A stretch of DNA of 63,533 nt, counting the filler, from Octopus bimaculoides (taxonomy: Eukaryota), in assembly GCF_001194135.2 (NCBI RefSeq). It is 5 parts of 5 records of this genome, joined end to end, with 100 filler letters (N's around TTAATTAATTAA, not from the genome) between each part and the next. Parts side by side here need not be neighbours in the genome. Positions count along the whole stretch, not along the records: positions 1 to 31,025 come from NC_068983.1; 4 more parts are not named here. The stretch is one strand, 5' to 3'. Below the pieces are notes generated by a model, which saw only the letters and a program-made list of their open reading frames with translations, was not told the origin of the DNA and did not search any database. Of the stretch, positions 12,589-25,639 are shown piece after piece. The translations under genes and the position numbers were made by a program. The stretch's first letter is position 1, and each line of letters starts with the position of its first letter.

Positions 12589-12929
12589 CTGTAAACAAGA
12601 ACATGAAGTAAGAGTATTCATAAGTGTATATATATATTTAATTAGTACAAACAATAAATTTCTAGAGTATGTAGTGTAATATCATGAAAAGAGATCATAA
12701 AAGTATTACTGCATATGAAAATACAAACAATTTAAAATTTACAGTGAAATTTTAAGTGTGTCAAATTCTTGATAATGTAAGCATTGTTTGTAGTTCTTGA
12801 TTTACAATATCATTTCAAAAACAACTTTCATCGCCTTAAAACTACATGAAAACTGAAGGTAGTTATCTATGAACTGATCTATGAGTTGTATGATTATAAA
12901 GGATACTGATCTGAGGAGTAGCAATCTAA

Positions 12930-13900
12930 CCAATTTTTTCAATATCTGAAATACTGCTGCCTTGCTGCAATGTCAGATGGTTTTCTTCAACTATACCAGA
13001 AAACATGACATATTTATGTCACTACCCAATGGGCTCTTACTTCAGATAAGTTTGATGAAGGCAAAGTTTTTGCCTATACATTAAATATTTCAAGTATATC
13101 TGATAGGTAAATCAAACTTCCAAGCTATTTGGATCCATCTCTGTAGCTTCATATCTGATGGCTTTAACTGCAATGTGTTGATAGAGCTTTTTCTATCCTA
13201 TGCTCTATCAACTCTGGTGTTCTCCAGGGTTCAGTTTTGTTTCCTACTCTCTTCATTCTATGTATCAATGACTTACACATCCAACAATGTCCACTCATCT
13301 GCAGATGACATAACCCATTACTCCTGCCTAAGTTTCCTCAACCATGAATTATCCACAGGCAGCTGAGTCTACATTATAACAGCAAAACAACTCACACACA
13401 ATTCAAACCCAGAAAACATTGCCACACCACATCCTCACTAAACATGAAAGGCACTCAGAGTCCTCATAATCACTGAGGATCTCCCATGGTGAAAGCACAT
13501 TCTTAGGACAGCTAAGACTACATCCCAAAGACTGACCTTTCTTTTCAGGGTCAGAAAATATTTTAGCCCCTAACAAGTGCTTACATTTTTTAAGGTTCAA
13601 ATGAAGCCCACAAAAAAGTGTTGCTCCCACATCAGACATCCTAGACCACATTCAGAGAAAGATCCTGGATGATTGGCATTAGGAAACAAGCATGCTGTCT
13701 CTTTTGTTTTGTCTTTTATATCACTACTATAATGGCCTCTATGTTCCTCAAAGCTAGCTGCTCTCATATCTTCACAACTCCTCCACACTTCTCAATCACC
13801 CCTGCTGCATCCAGTCCTACCAGGTCTTGTACCAAGTACTATACCAAATATTTTCTTCCTAGAACAGCAACCCTCAGGATGTTGAGATGCAAGGTTAAAC
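12930..13900 (+). mobile_element. CR1/Jockey-like LINE RT fragment in an EXOSC6 intron
   Basis: Decayed motifs including SGVLQGSVLFPTLFILCINDL and VHSSADDIT. Confidence 0.75.
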
Positions 13901-14831
13901 AGAGCATTAGTTACAGAGGCAGTTTTTTCTGCATCTAGATGCTCTTCTTGTCACCAACCCTCACTTGTTTCCAAGTAAGTTATTATTTGCCTTTGAACAA
14001 TGAACAACTCAATGGCTGAATGTGTTTCTGTGGCAATTGTAAACAAAGCTGTTGTAAAGGCACTGGCACTGATTTTTATACAATGTGCAGACAGACATCA
14101 AGACAACTGGCAGACACATACAACAAGCTTTCTACAGTTCTGTCTATTAAGTTCATTGACAAAGCATTGGGTCAGCCAGAAGTGACAGTAGAAAACACCT
14201 ACTCAAAATACCACAATGTGGAAACAAATCTGAAACATTGTAGTCGTGAATCAAACTTCTTAACCAACAGTGATACTTATAATACATTATATGCATGCAC
14301 ACAAATTTGTATGCATATATTATCACCCTCATAATTTTTTTTTATGTCTAACTTTCCATACTTGCATGAGTCAGATGAGACCATGTTGGGGTAGAGTTTT
14401 CTATGGTCAGATGTCCTTCCCAACATCAACCCCCAACTGTTTTCAAGCAGGGTAACAATCTCCTAGTCTATCAAACAATAAACAGCCAAGACATGTTCAT
14501 GTGGAACACTGGAAACAAAGAACAGGATATGACTTAGCTTTTTTGTTTACAAAAGCCATGTAACATATCAAGACATGCCAAAAAACCAAGATATGCTTTT
14601 ATGGTGGACTGTAAACAAATGACATTGTTGTAAAGCTATTGTTTACAACTAGCTAGTAAACACATTAAGATGGGGGTACTACAATCTTACTCACACAAAC
14701 ATACATACATACATAGAATAAAAAGCAGAGAATTATAAATTTACCATATATTTCATAACTGTTGAGTATAACAACTATTGTGCCCAACAATTGTTTCATT
14801 GTGAACAAGTGTTACTATTTATAGAATTGAA

Positions 14832-15050
14832 GGTGGCATGCTGGCAGAATCATTAGCATGCTGGGCAAAATGCCACTAGGCATTCTGTCTGTCCTTATAT
14901 TCCAAGTTCAAATACTACCAAGGTCAACTTTGCTTTTCATCTTTTTGAGGTCGATGAAATAAGTATGAGCTGAACATTGGGGTTGATATAATCAACTTAT
15001 CTCTTCCCCCAAAATTACTGGCCATGTGCTAAAATTTGAAATTATTTATA
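14832..15050 (+). mobile_element. tRNA-derived SINE (family A), CpG-decayed copy
   Basis: GGTGGCATGCTGGCAGAATCATTAGCATGCTGGGC...GTTCAAAT is the family head with CpG changed to TpG/CpA. Confidence 0.85.
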
Positions 15051-16149
15051 GAGTTACATAATTAAGATACATAATTCAAAAATGATCTTTATCCAAATCA
15101 TCAAAATAAAATATAGCAATCAAGAAACCATTACTGGATTTACTGCATTTAATGGAATTTAATGTTATTGACATCTTAATTACTATCAAGACATTTTCTG
15201 ATGTTTATATATCAACTCTCACTTTATCTTCTGCACACACACATGCATAACACACACAATCTCCTGATCCTACATCCTGCTGTTACTGACCTGTTAGATC
15301 CACACTTACACACACACACACAAACACATACTACCATCCCAGCTTAGCACTCCCTCTGAAATTCATGACTGCCACATTCTCATACACACTTTAACAAAAC
15401 ACTTTGGTTTCTTGTAGTGTCTGCACTTCATCTCGTGGCAGTGGTATATGCCACAATTATTACAACCCTAGGTGACCAGAGGCAGCTTGGCCCAACTTGT
15501 TGGTATGTAAATGCTATGATCACTAAATTGTAATAAACCTCAAATTAACATACCATATACATTATTATCATCATCATTTACTGTTCACTTTTCCATGCCT
15601 ACATGGGACAGACAGAATTTAATGAGGCAGATTTTCTACATAAAAATGCCCTTCTTGCTGCCAACCCTCACCTGATTCCAAGCAAGGAATATTATCTATG
15701 GTCAGATACGCTTTACATGGAAGACTGGAAATGAATGACATCACTTGTATGACAGTGATTCTCATTTACAATCATCACATGATTTCAAGGCAAGGCTGTA
15801 CACAAACACACACATAAGTAAACGCAAATGGTCTGCTGTCCATGCTGGTATGGGTTTGACAGGAGCTGGCAAGCCAGAGAACTACACCAGGCTTCATTGT
15901 CTGCTTTGGCATGGTTTCTATTGCTGCATGCCCTTTATAATAAAGCACTTTACGAAGTGCTTTACTGGGTGTTTTTTTATGTGGCACCAATACCAGCAGG
16001 ATCATCAAGTAACTTGCAAAACAAAAGCCTCTTGATTGCAAGAGGGGCTAGTACTGAGGCTTCATGCTAGGTGAGAGGTTTGAGTATAATAGGATAGAAA
16101 CAGGTGTCTTACTATAGAGGAGATAGAGTGAGAGAGACAGTGAGAGAGA

Positions 16150-16410
16150 GAGAAATAAATGATGTTGGAGATGCATCAGGACCTACCTCCCACAGGAAAC
16201 AGTGAGCAGGAGCTATAAGTACTACAGAGAGGATAGAAGAGAATATTTCATAAGAGAGCGAGGGGAAATGTTTAGAGATGGGGAAAAGTAACAAGTGATG
16301 GTGAGAGATATTGGGTTGGCTGAGGGGAGAATGACAGATATGTGAGGACATGGTGTCCAGATAGGAACATGAAAGAGAGGGGAGGGACCTGCAGCATGCA
16401 GTTATCACAG
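16150..16410 (-). mobile_element. Penelope-like RT fragment, heavily decayed
   Basis: Pyrimidine-rich minus strand resembling the segment at 9540-9900. Confidence 0.4.
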
Positions 16411-16599
16411 GTGGTGGGAAGATGGGTTGTAGGGAAGTTTTGACAGAGGACAGAATATGCTTGTATGTGTGTGAGGGGAGGGGACATGATTGTCAAGGAC
16501 ATGCTAGTATGTATGGATGGCCACAATTTTACTTAGCTTGCAGTGTCTTTTTGAGCACTGCAAATCATAAGTCTCAGTCCCTTATTATCTATGTGTGGC

Positions 16600-17030
16600 T
16601 CAACATCCTAAGATCATTTCTCACCACTTTGTCCCATATCTTCCTGGGTTGACTTATTCCACAGGTTCTCTCCACAGGTAGAGGCCAGCATTTCTTTAAG
16701 CAGTTGTCCTCACCCATACACATGACCAGTCAAGTGTAGTCTTCTCTCTCAAACATTACATCTGATTCCTCTTATACCCTAAAATATTTACACTGATATT
16801 GAACATCCAATAGAGCATGCTGAATTCATTTCTTTCAAGCCTCTGCAGTCACAGCCCATGTTTCACTGCCATGTAGCATAGCTGTCTGCACACGAGCATT
16901 ATACAGTCAGCCTTTCACTCTGAGGAAAAGGCTCTTTGTTACCAACAAAGATAGTAGCTCTCCGAACTTTGCCCAGCCTGTTCTTATTCTAGCGACTATG
17001 CTTTCAGAGACCCCCCCCCCCCACACTGCT
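16600..17030 (-). mobile_element. RTE LINE 3' fragment
   Basis: Similar to the RTE segment at 24400-24560 (shared gaactttgcccagcct / ttcttattctagc). Confidence 0.65.
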
Positions 17031-17259
17031 AACTTATCAAGATAATGGAAGCTATGTACTACTTCTAAGGATATCCCCAAACATTTGAGGAACCATGTTT
17101 AATTATCGTTTTGCAGCTTTTTGACTTTGTGGATGTTTGAGGTACATATTTAGTATATCCAGAATTTACATAATGGATTTTATAGAAAGATTGAGATAAA
17201 AGAAAGAAAAAAAAAGAATCATCTATAAAAGTTAGGAACAATTTGGAAAAACAACATAC

Positions 17260-17319
17260 TTGTGGTTTGAACTCTTCTTCTCTGCTTGGATCCAATAAGA
17301 TGCATTTATTGGAAATACG
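17260..17319 (-). CDS. EXOSC6: Exosome complex component MTR3, internal exon
   Basis: tttcttttaag | 60 bp | gtatgt, phase 0-0. RISNKCILLDPSREEEFKPQ carries the LLDPxxxEE motif of RNase PH-fold subunits. Confidence 0.92.
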
Positions 17320-17520
17320 CTTAAAAGAAAAGTTATGTAAATGGATGATACAAATATACCAAAGGAAAATCCAATAATGTGCACAGTTCTTCTACACTAC
17401 AATTTCATATTATACCCAATTAAAAGTCAAGCAAACTCATTCAATATGATGTCATTCAAACAAAAGAATCTTTTCTTAAGCCATGTTTCAAAAACTACAT
17501 ACATAGAGATTATCTCTTAA

Positions 17521-17709
17521 CCCATTAGCATTTGAACCAGTCATATCTGGCCCAATCTGGCCTCTCACACCAACCCTACAATGTTATTCTAAAAATAAAC
17601 AATCACATACATCATCATAATCTTGAAGTTGCAAGATAATTCATGGTTAATTCAAAATAATGTGAATGAATAAGCATTGCATTTGACAGATAATCTGAAT
17701 GCTAAAAGG
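17521..17709. mobile_element. piggyBac-like MITE
   Basis: TTAA|CCCATTAGCATT ... AATGCTAAAAGG|TTAC; imperfect TIR and one degenerate TTAA. Confidence 0.65.
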
Positions 17710-18739
17710 TTACTGTAGGTATAAAGTATACATAAAAGACCCCTAAAATTTTATCCCCTATATTACTTTTACCAGAAAATTAAATCGAAATATTATTCTG
17801 TATGATTAATATGATCTATAATATAGAAGTATCTGTGAATGTAAGGTATGTGATAAAGGGCCTTTGCTGAAGTCATGTAATATGGTGGTAATTACAGTAG
17901 GGTGTCAAAAGGGAGCCATCAGAATTCCTGTCTACCAGATGCTTATATTTCTATCTTCCTTGTCTAATATCTATTTTATCATGCTCACATGGGCTGGATG
18001 GAATTTGTTGAGGCAGATTTTCTATTGTTTTATGCCCTTCATGTCACCAACCATCATCTGTCTCCCCATGACCAGACGTGTTTCAGAAGACTGGAAACGA
18101 AAGACACCACTTGCATGACAGTGACACATCATACGCACGCACACACGCATGCACGCACGCACACACACACACACACACACACACAAGGCTTCTTGAGTTT
18201 CCATCAACCAAATCTGCTCACAAGGTTTTGGTTGACCTGAGACTATAGCAGTAGGACTGCCATGCAGCAGGACTGAATCCGAAACCATGTAGTTGGGAAA
18301 TGAACTTCTTACTACACAGCAATGCCTATGCTTATGTTGGTATAAATATAAATACATAAAATAAATATGAATAGTAATAATAATAATAACTTGTTAAGAC
18401 TGTAGTAGAATCAAATTCAGCAATATATTCGCATAGCTATGATACAAGAGCTGTACAAACACTTGTCCAAATCATAAAATATGAATGCAAAAGAATAAAG
18501 AAAAAAAATGTCAAAAGGAGACATTTTAAGAACAATACTTAAATCAACATGAATAACTGGAATTTAATAAAATTTCTCAGCAATACCATATTTAGGAAAC
18601 ATTAACAAAATTGAGGTTTGTCATGTTCTTAAATTACAAGCCATAAGTGTCAATCTCTCTCAAATCACGCGTTAGTTTATGGAATATTCTGATAAAGGAT
18701 CTCTCCAATCAGAGGTGATTTGTGGCTACCATTACTATA

Positions 18740-19625
18740 TAGAGTGATGCTTTCACAAAACTGGTAGCACATTGGTATTTTTTTTGTCGCTCTTTACATT
18801 AAGAGTTCAAATTCCACTGAGCTTAACTTAGTCTTTCATCCTTCTAGGTGGTGATATGATTAAGTACTGGGTTGATTTAAACAACTAATTCCCTTCCATA
18901 TTTCTGTCCTTGAACCTATGTTAGACACAATTACTTTTTATTATTAGAGTGTTGAGCAATGGGCTGGCAGAAATGTTAGCATGTCAGACAAAATGCTTAT
19001 TGGCATTTCTTCTGAGTCTTTGCACCCTGGTTTCAAATCCTACCAAGATCAACTTTGCCTTTCACCTCTCCAAGGTTGATAATATAAAAAAATTGAGTAC
19101 TGGAATCGATTAACCCCTTCTATACAAAATTGCTGGCATTGTGCTCAAATCAGAAATGGAAAAAGTAATAATTTCAAATTTTGGTACAAAGCAAGCAATT
19201 TCAGAGAAGGCTTAAGTTGATTACCTTGACCCCAGTATTCAACTGGTACTTATTTTATCGACACTGAAAAGATGAAAGACACATTTGAACTCAAACCACA
19301 AAAACTGATGAAATGCTGCTATGTGTTTTTGTCCTGGAGTGCTAACAATTCTGCCAGCATGCCATCTTAAACAACAATTATTATTGTTATTTCTACTATA
19401 GACACAAGGCTTGAAATTTTGGGAGAGAGGCCAGTCAATTACATCAACCCCAGTGCTCAACTGGTGCTTATTTTACTTGTGGTATTTGTTCTGAGTTCAA
19501 ATTCCACTGAAGTCAATTTTGCCTTTCATTCTTTCAGAGTTGATAAATGAAGTACCAGTCAAGTACTAAACTGTACCTGCAAAATTGTTGGCCTTGAGTT
19601 TAAATTGAAAACAATTATTATTATT
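18740..19625. repeat. Cluster of about 4-5 family A SINEs in mixed orientation
   Basis: Plus copies near 18770, 18960 and 19480, and a minus copy about 19170-19370. They are separated by (ATT)n/(AAT)n. Confidence 0.8.
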
Positions 19626-20554
19626 ATTATTATTATTGCTGTTAATCTGCACATACTTTATTTCCTTCCTTGATCACTGTAGGCATAAAGCCTAAATAAA
19701 GTTTTCTACAATTTTTACCCAACATTTTTTTTTGTCTTTAAATTACTAATCTGTTATTATCTTTCTATAACAGTATTAGACTCAATATCAATTACAATCA
19801 AATAAGTTAAAGCAGTTGCAGTAGTAAAATTGCTGTATCCCCAAGAAATGTATGCCGTTATATTAAAAAGTTTCATGACATTTTGACAGCCAATCATTCT
19901 GGGACACAAATATACAAATCTGTGATTGACTACTGCACTAAAATCCATTAAAAGTATATTATTGAGCCATATTTAATATATTGTTAAAATCTAATAAAAC
20001 CAACAGATCTAGTTTATTGTATTTAATACACAAAAATTTTCATACATCACAATAAAATAAACTACAAAGGAAGGAAATGCAATAGTTCTAAGATTTTGAT
20101 AAATTTGAGTTCCTCCCAGGTAGAATTTCTGTAGTAGATAATGCCTTAATTTTAACATTAAAATAAAATAAAAAGAAAATTGGTTTGTACAGAAGTAAGA
20201 ACAAATGAAGACAATTTATACTACTTAGGTAATATAGATTGTTCCTTACAACTGTCTCAGATGTCATTCATATTCAACTGATTTAATTCAATTTCCTTCC
20301 CTAGAAAACCGATTCTGCAACTAGACAAAAGGTAACTGTATTACTGTATAAAACATACTTAAGAGAATGGATGGCAAATATGGTAGACTGTTAGACTATA
20401 TGTTTTGCACTTGTGGCCTTTAACAGTCTTAGCTCAAATCCCACTAGAGTTGACATCTTTCATTTGGAGTTAATAAGTAGTAGGGTCAATTTATTGCCAG
20501 TGCCCTTCACATAATGTGAACTGTTAGTGTTAAAATTATTTAAAACATACTTAC

Positions 20555-20640
20555 TACACTAGTGCTGACAACCAAATCATACATCTCAATGCCAGCATAT
20601 GCCAAAGCTACAGATGCAGCAGTGATAGCAGCTGCAAGAA
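20555..20640 (-). CDS. EXOSC6: Exosome complex component MTR3, internal exon (most 5' exon found)
   Basis: atttttttctag | 86 bp | gtaagt, phase 1-0. (V)LAAAITAASVALAYAGIEMYDLVVSTSV matches MTR3 ALAAALTAAALALADAGVEMYDLVV rather than RRP41 AGIPMRD. Confidence 0.95.
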
Positions 20641-22307
20641 CTAGAAAAAAATAGATTAAATTTCAAATGTGAGCATCAGATTTTTGTAGAAATGATTTTT
20701 TTAAACAAATATATCTGACAAAATGTCAAAAGAACATGTCAGTTTCCGAATAAATCACGAGACAGCTTTAAAAGTTAGGAAGACCAACCATATATTTTGC
20801 ACATAACTATAAATAACAATTAAAGCAATAACAAAGTAAGATGGGCAGTTTAAGATACAAAAGAGAATTGAAAGTCCCCAGCTTTGAAAAGTGATTTCTG
20901 TCTTATAGTTTAACAGATAAGGAAGGATGCAAGTTCAAACACAAGAAATTTTCCCAAATTAATTGCTAATCTGTAGTGGTGTTCACATCAAAGCAACTAT
21001 GTAGATAGTCTAGAAAGACAGCAGTAGAAATCAGACGTGATTCACTGTAAAGGGTGCAGTGTGGTAGTTTGAACAGGTTGCTTTTTTTCCAATGTTGATG
21101 TCAGAAACAGAAGAAGGAACTGAAGGGAGTGCAACACTAGTTGTCCCTCTGTACTTATCATTAATGATGTGCATCTTCAAAGAGTTTTATAATAATCAAG
21201 TTTTTAATACTGCTGTTACCTTTGTGTTTCTGTTTTATGTTTGATTAAATGACAAAGATTGTATTTGAGAATGGTGTTGTGATAATGTTGCAGGGTGTTT
21301 GGGATGACTGTGCATGTTTAAGCATAGACTGTGAGAGTTGGAGCTTACTGCAGCAATGAACTGTGTCCCATGTATGAACATTTGAAGTCATTTTGTTATA
21401 TTGTGTAGATTGTCTGTATGGGCTTTTAATTATGAGAAGAGTGCCGTTTTGTATTTCTGTAAGATTCAAACAAACCGTGTACAGAGACGCAAAAGCTGGT
21501 AATAAGACCAGTGAGGAATTCAGTATACAGATAGGTGTCAATCAGAACTGGGTTCTCCTTCCCATCCTGTTTACTATAGGGCCATAACAAAGAAACTTAA
21601 GACCAGTTATCTGTGTGATGAAAATTCATAGCAGAGATTTCTAACATGGAAGCCAAGCCTAACACTGAAACCACATGCACACACCATGTTTCTTCCAGTT
21701 TCTGTCCATGAAATCGACTCAAAAGTCTTTGGTCAGCCCTAGTTTAGAGTAAAATATATCCAAGGTGCCATGCTGAGGGACTGAAACTATTATATTATAT
21801 TGTTAAAATAAATCTATTTGCAATTTCACGAGCATTTGTAGAGGTGTGTGTGCATGTCTGTGTATATTTAATTACAAGTTAAATTAGCCTCATTAAGGGA
21901 TGGTATCAAATTTTTATCAAATGCTATATCTCCATTTTCTTACTTTCTTTTATTTATTTATTTATATATATATATANNNNNNNNNNNNNNNNNNNNNNNN
22001 NNNNNNNNNNNNNNNNNNNNNNNNNNNNNNNNNNNNNNNNNNNNNNNNNNNNNNNNNNNNNNNNNNNNNNNNNNNNNNNNNNNNNNNNNNNNNNNNNNNN
22101 NNNNNNNNNNNNNNNNNNNNNNNNNNNNNNNNNNNNNNNNNNNNNNNNNNNNNNNNNNNNNNNNNNNNNNNNNNNNNNNNNNNNNNNNNNNNNNNNNNNN
22201 NNNNNNNNNNNNNNNNNNNNNNNNNNNNNNNNNNNNNNNNNNNNNNNNNNNNNNNNNNNNNNNNNNNNNNNNNNNNNNNNNNNNNNNNNNNNNNNNNNNN
22301 NNNNNNA

Positions 22308-22888
22308 AAAATTGTTTCAGAGAAATGAATATTGATACTTGGGTTTGCTTGTTGAACTGCATACTTTAAGTCCTCAGCTGTGTCCTCACGATGTTTCATC
22401 CAAAGCTGTAGGGGACTGCCAAGTTGGCACATGTTCAGTATAATCGCAAAAAGGTTACAGAGTTTCCTTGGAGAATCTGATACTGATGCGTCAGTCAATA
22501 TAAGGTCCCAATGCTCATCATTTTCTAAAAAAACCTTGTTGACAGCATGCTTCCCTATAAGTTTCACACACATGACCATTTACCCTCCTCGAATTCTGGG
22601 ATGATTTGAGACCACATACTTCATGCAAAAGGAGCCGTAAGTAGTAGCATTCTGCTTGGCTTGCAGGGACACTGCAGACACTTGCAAGAGCCTCAGCCCG
22701 TTTCCTCTTGTGCTATTTATTGTTTTTCCAGGTGTAATATTTGGGTAATTGTAGGTAAAGGAGTTTTCTTGCATCTTCATCTACTTGACACAACTTAGAA
22801 AAGGTAGTAAGGGTAGTTTCTTTAGGAGAAAGTGCTTGTTGCAAGGCTGTTTGTTTTGTAATGATAACCCTGTGGCCATTCTCTAGAT
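22308..22888 (-). mobile_element. Helitron Rep/helicase fragment
   Basis: LENGHRV...PKETTLTTFSKLCQVDEDARKLLYLQLPKYYTW and VFLENDEHWDLILTDAS...KLCNLFAIIL are characteristic Helitron RepHel motifs. Confidence 0.85.
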
Positions 22889-23100
22889 CAGTGGTTTTCA
22901 ACCAAGGTTCCGCCAATCAAGGGGGTTCGCAAGAAGTTACAGAAATGCTATGTTTTGAGTCGCTTTGGCTAATAAAGCACTATGTGCCTTAAATGCTCTT
23001 TGGATACTTCTATGTTAGAAAGGGCTTTAATCAAAGAGATTTTAATTCTATTATTCTGTAAAATAATATTTAATTAGTTTAAATGTACACAAATGCATAA
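22889..23100 (+). mobile_element. hAT (Buster/Charlie-type) left end
   Basis: CAGTGGTTTTCAACC is preceded by CTCTAGAT (NNNTANNN target pattern). No partner end was found. Confidence 0.6.
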
Positions 23101-23934
23101 AAATAATTTTTAACTCCATTAGACATTCTAAAATACTATCAAATTTCATTCAATTTTAAAAATGGTAAAATCAGACAGAACTTATGGAATGACCTGATAA
23201 TTCCAAACTGGTAACTAAACTACTTTTACACTACCCTTCATGAATAGCAATACACTAGAGTTAAGCATAGGGCAAGCTGAATATATTGTCGTCATCATCA
23301 TCAAGGTATTGATATCCAATAAAAGTCATTTCATTTCACTTTATTCTCACAAGTACTTACATGGTCTTTGAATATAAAGTATCATGTGAAGCATGGTAAT
23401 GAGTATAGTACATGTAAATATGCCTAGTATGGCAGGAACTAAACAGTAAAAAATTTGGTTGGTCACTTGAAAATATAATGGTAACTGGGAGACACTCAAG
23501 TCCTTTCAGGAAATAGAAACACACAGAACTACTATTTCAGGATGTATGTAAGGAAAGTTAGTAACGGATTACAATGCTATTCCAACCCAAGCTTTTCTCA
23601 TGGAATCTGATCTGGCTGAATAGTAAGCAGCATTCTGATTTCAGTGTAATGAGGCTAGGTCTGGGATGGGCATCACATTAAAACAATTGTTCAATTGTTC
23701 ATCTATTTCAATAAATGTTTCCATCTTTATCATTTTCTGATACGACAACAGACAAGTTAACAACAACAAAAAAAAACGATATATAAATATAAGTAAATAT
23801 TCAAAACATTGCAGATCTCATACATTTGTCTGTGACAACTAGTTTTGCATTTTGAAAGTGCATGCACACACACACATGCTAACATAGACATGCATGTATG
23901 CCATACCTCTTGCTTTGCAATCATTATAATACAT

Positions 23935-24400
23935 AGGCAGAGCTGAGTGGTTAAGCTTGCTTCCCACCTACATTGTATCAGGTTCAGTCCTAACCCCAGG
24001 CCAACCAAAGCCAGGTGAGTGTATTTGATAAACAGAAGCTAAAAGAAGTCCGTTATATGTAAATGTGTGTGTGTATGTGTGTGAGCCTGGCAATGACCAC
24101 ACTCAAATGGTGCTTTTTACATGCTCTGGTCACGGGAGCCAGTCAGTCGACACTGGAAATGACCACGCTCCAATGATGCTTTTTACGTGCCACCGGCACG
24201 GAATCAGTCAGGCAGCACTGCCATTGACCACGCTCCTGTGGTGCTTTTTACATGCCATGGGCACGGGAGCCAGTCTGGCATCGTCCATGCTCGAATGGTG
24301 TTTTTTACATACCACCAGCACAGGTGCCAATCAGCCGGTACTGGCATCAGCCACAACATATGACCATACCAGTGCAGTCGTCTCTCTTGCACACCACATC
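23935..24400 (+). mobile_element. Family B SINE with an internal tandem repeat (4 units of about 57-66 bp)
   Basis: A tRNA-like head and (TG)n are followed by GACCACGCTC...GGTGCTTTTTACGTGCCACCGGCACGGGAGCCAGTC units at 24095, 24161, 24226 and 24283. Confidence 0.75.
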
Positions 24401-25440
24401 TGATGCTTCTGGGCGATTACATTCTGTCGTGTATGTACACTGACATTATATATCCAGCGGAGCATACTAGCTTCATTTCTTGCAAGCTTATGCATGTCCT
24501 TAGCAGTCACAGCACATGTTTCACCAGCAGAGGTAGGAGCTCTCTGAACTTTGCCCAGGCTATTCTTATTCTAGCAGCTACACTCTCAGAGCATCCACCC
24601 CTGCTACTGACTTGGTCACCTAGGCAACAGAAGCTANNNNNNNNNNGAGCATCCACCCCTGCTACTGACTTGGTCACCTAGGCAACAGAAGCTATCAACT
24701 ATTTTTATTTTTTTTCCCTGGCATATGATGGAAGCTGTTTTCTGCACATTTTCAGTGTTTACTGCCCCTCTGCATCTGTCACACACAAAAACTATCTTCC
24801 CAGTTAGCCTCCCTTTGATATTGCTGCACTTCTTATGTGTCCACAGCTTACATTGGGTACATCTTATAGAATTTCTACCTATGCTTTTTCTACAGATCGA
24901 TCAGGGCCATCTACCTGAAGGGATTTGTGATTTGTCTTACTAAGAGTTCGGTTTTTGCTAGATTGACTCTAAGGCTCAACAATTTTAGACCTTGCTTCCA
25001 CACCTGAAACTTCTTCTTTAGTTCTGATAGTGACTCGGCTATTAAAACAAGGTCATCAGCACAGAGAAACTCCCAGGGGTATCCTGTCTTGAAATCCTCT
25101 GTTATTGCCTGGAGGACTATGATGAATAAGAGGAGGCTGAAGACTGATCATTGGTGGACCCCTACCTGGAGTTCTTCACTATACTTGTTGCCAACCCATA
25201 CCTTACTGACAGCATCCCTGTACATGGCTTGTACAGCTCTCACTAACCACTCATCTATCCTTTGTTTCAGTATTGACCACCAGATAAGGAATCGGGAGAC
25301 CCTGTCAAAGGCTTTCTCCATGTCAACGAAAGCCAAATACAGAGGTTTGTCTTTGGCTAGGTATTTTCTCTTGCAGTTGTCTTACCAGAAATATAGCATC
25401 AGTGGTGCTTCTGCCTGGCACAAACCCAAACTACATCTCA
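24400..25440 (-). mobile_element. RTE LINE RT fragment
   Basis: AFVDMEKAFDRVSRFLIWWS...VGVHQ, same family as 30640-31025. Confidence 0.9.
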
Positions 25441-25639
25441 TAGGTTTATTAACACTGGAATGTACAAATACATATATCAACAGAGAAAATAATAAGTTAT
25501 ACAATCATGTGTTTAAATCTACAGAAAGTTTTTTTGGTATTACTTTTTACTAGTACATACTAGATGTATAATCTAGTTCACTGTTATGCAAAGTTAAAAA
25601 ATCTTCTGATATGTGTGTGTGTATTATCATCATCTGGTG

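Noticed and set aside
12900-13170. Minus-strand exon-like signals between EXOSC6 exons
   Set aside because: Phases do not fit and the region is the antisense of a CR1-like RT.
21900-22362. Long ORFs containing X runs (also 35074, 44153, 59643)
   Set aside because: Open only because they read through N gaps.
24089-24362. CRISPR-like array
   Set aside because: Eukaryotic context, no unique spacers and no cas genes; it is a SINE-internal tandem repeat.
24588-24695. 49-bp direct repeat either side of a 10-N gap
   Set aside because: Typical unmerged contig overlap.
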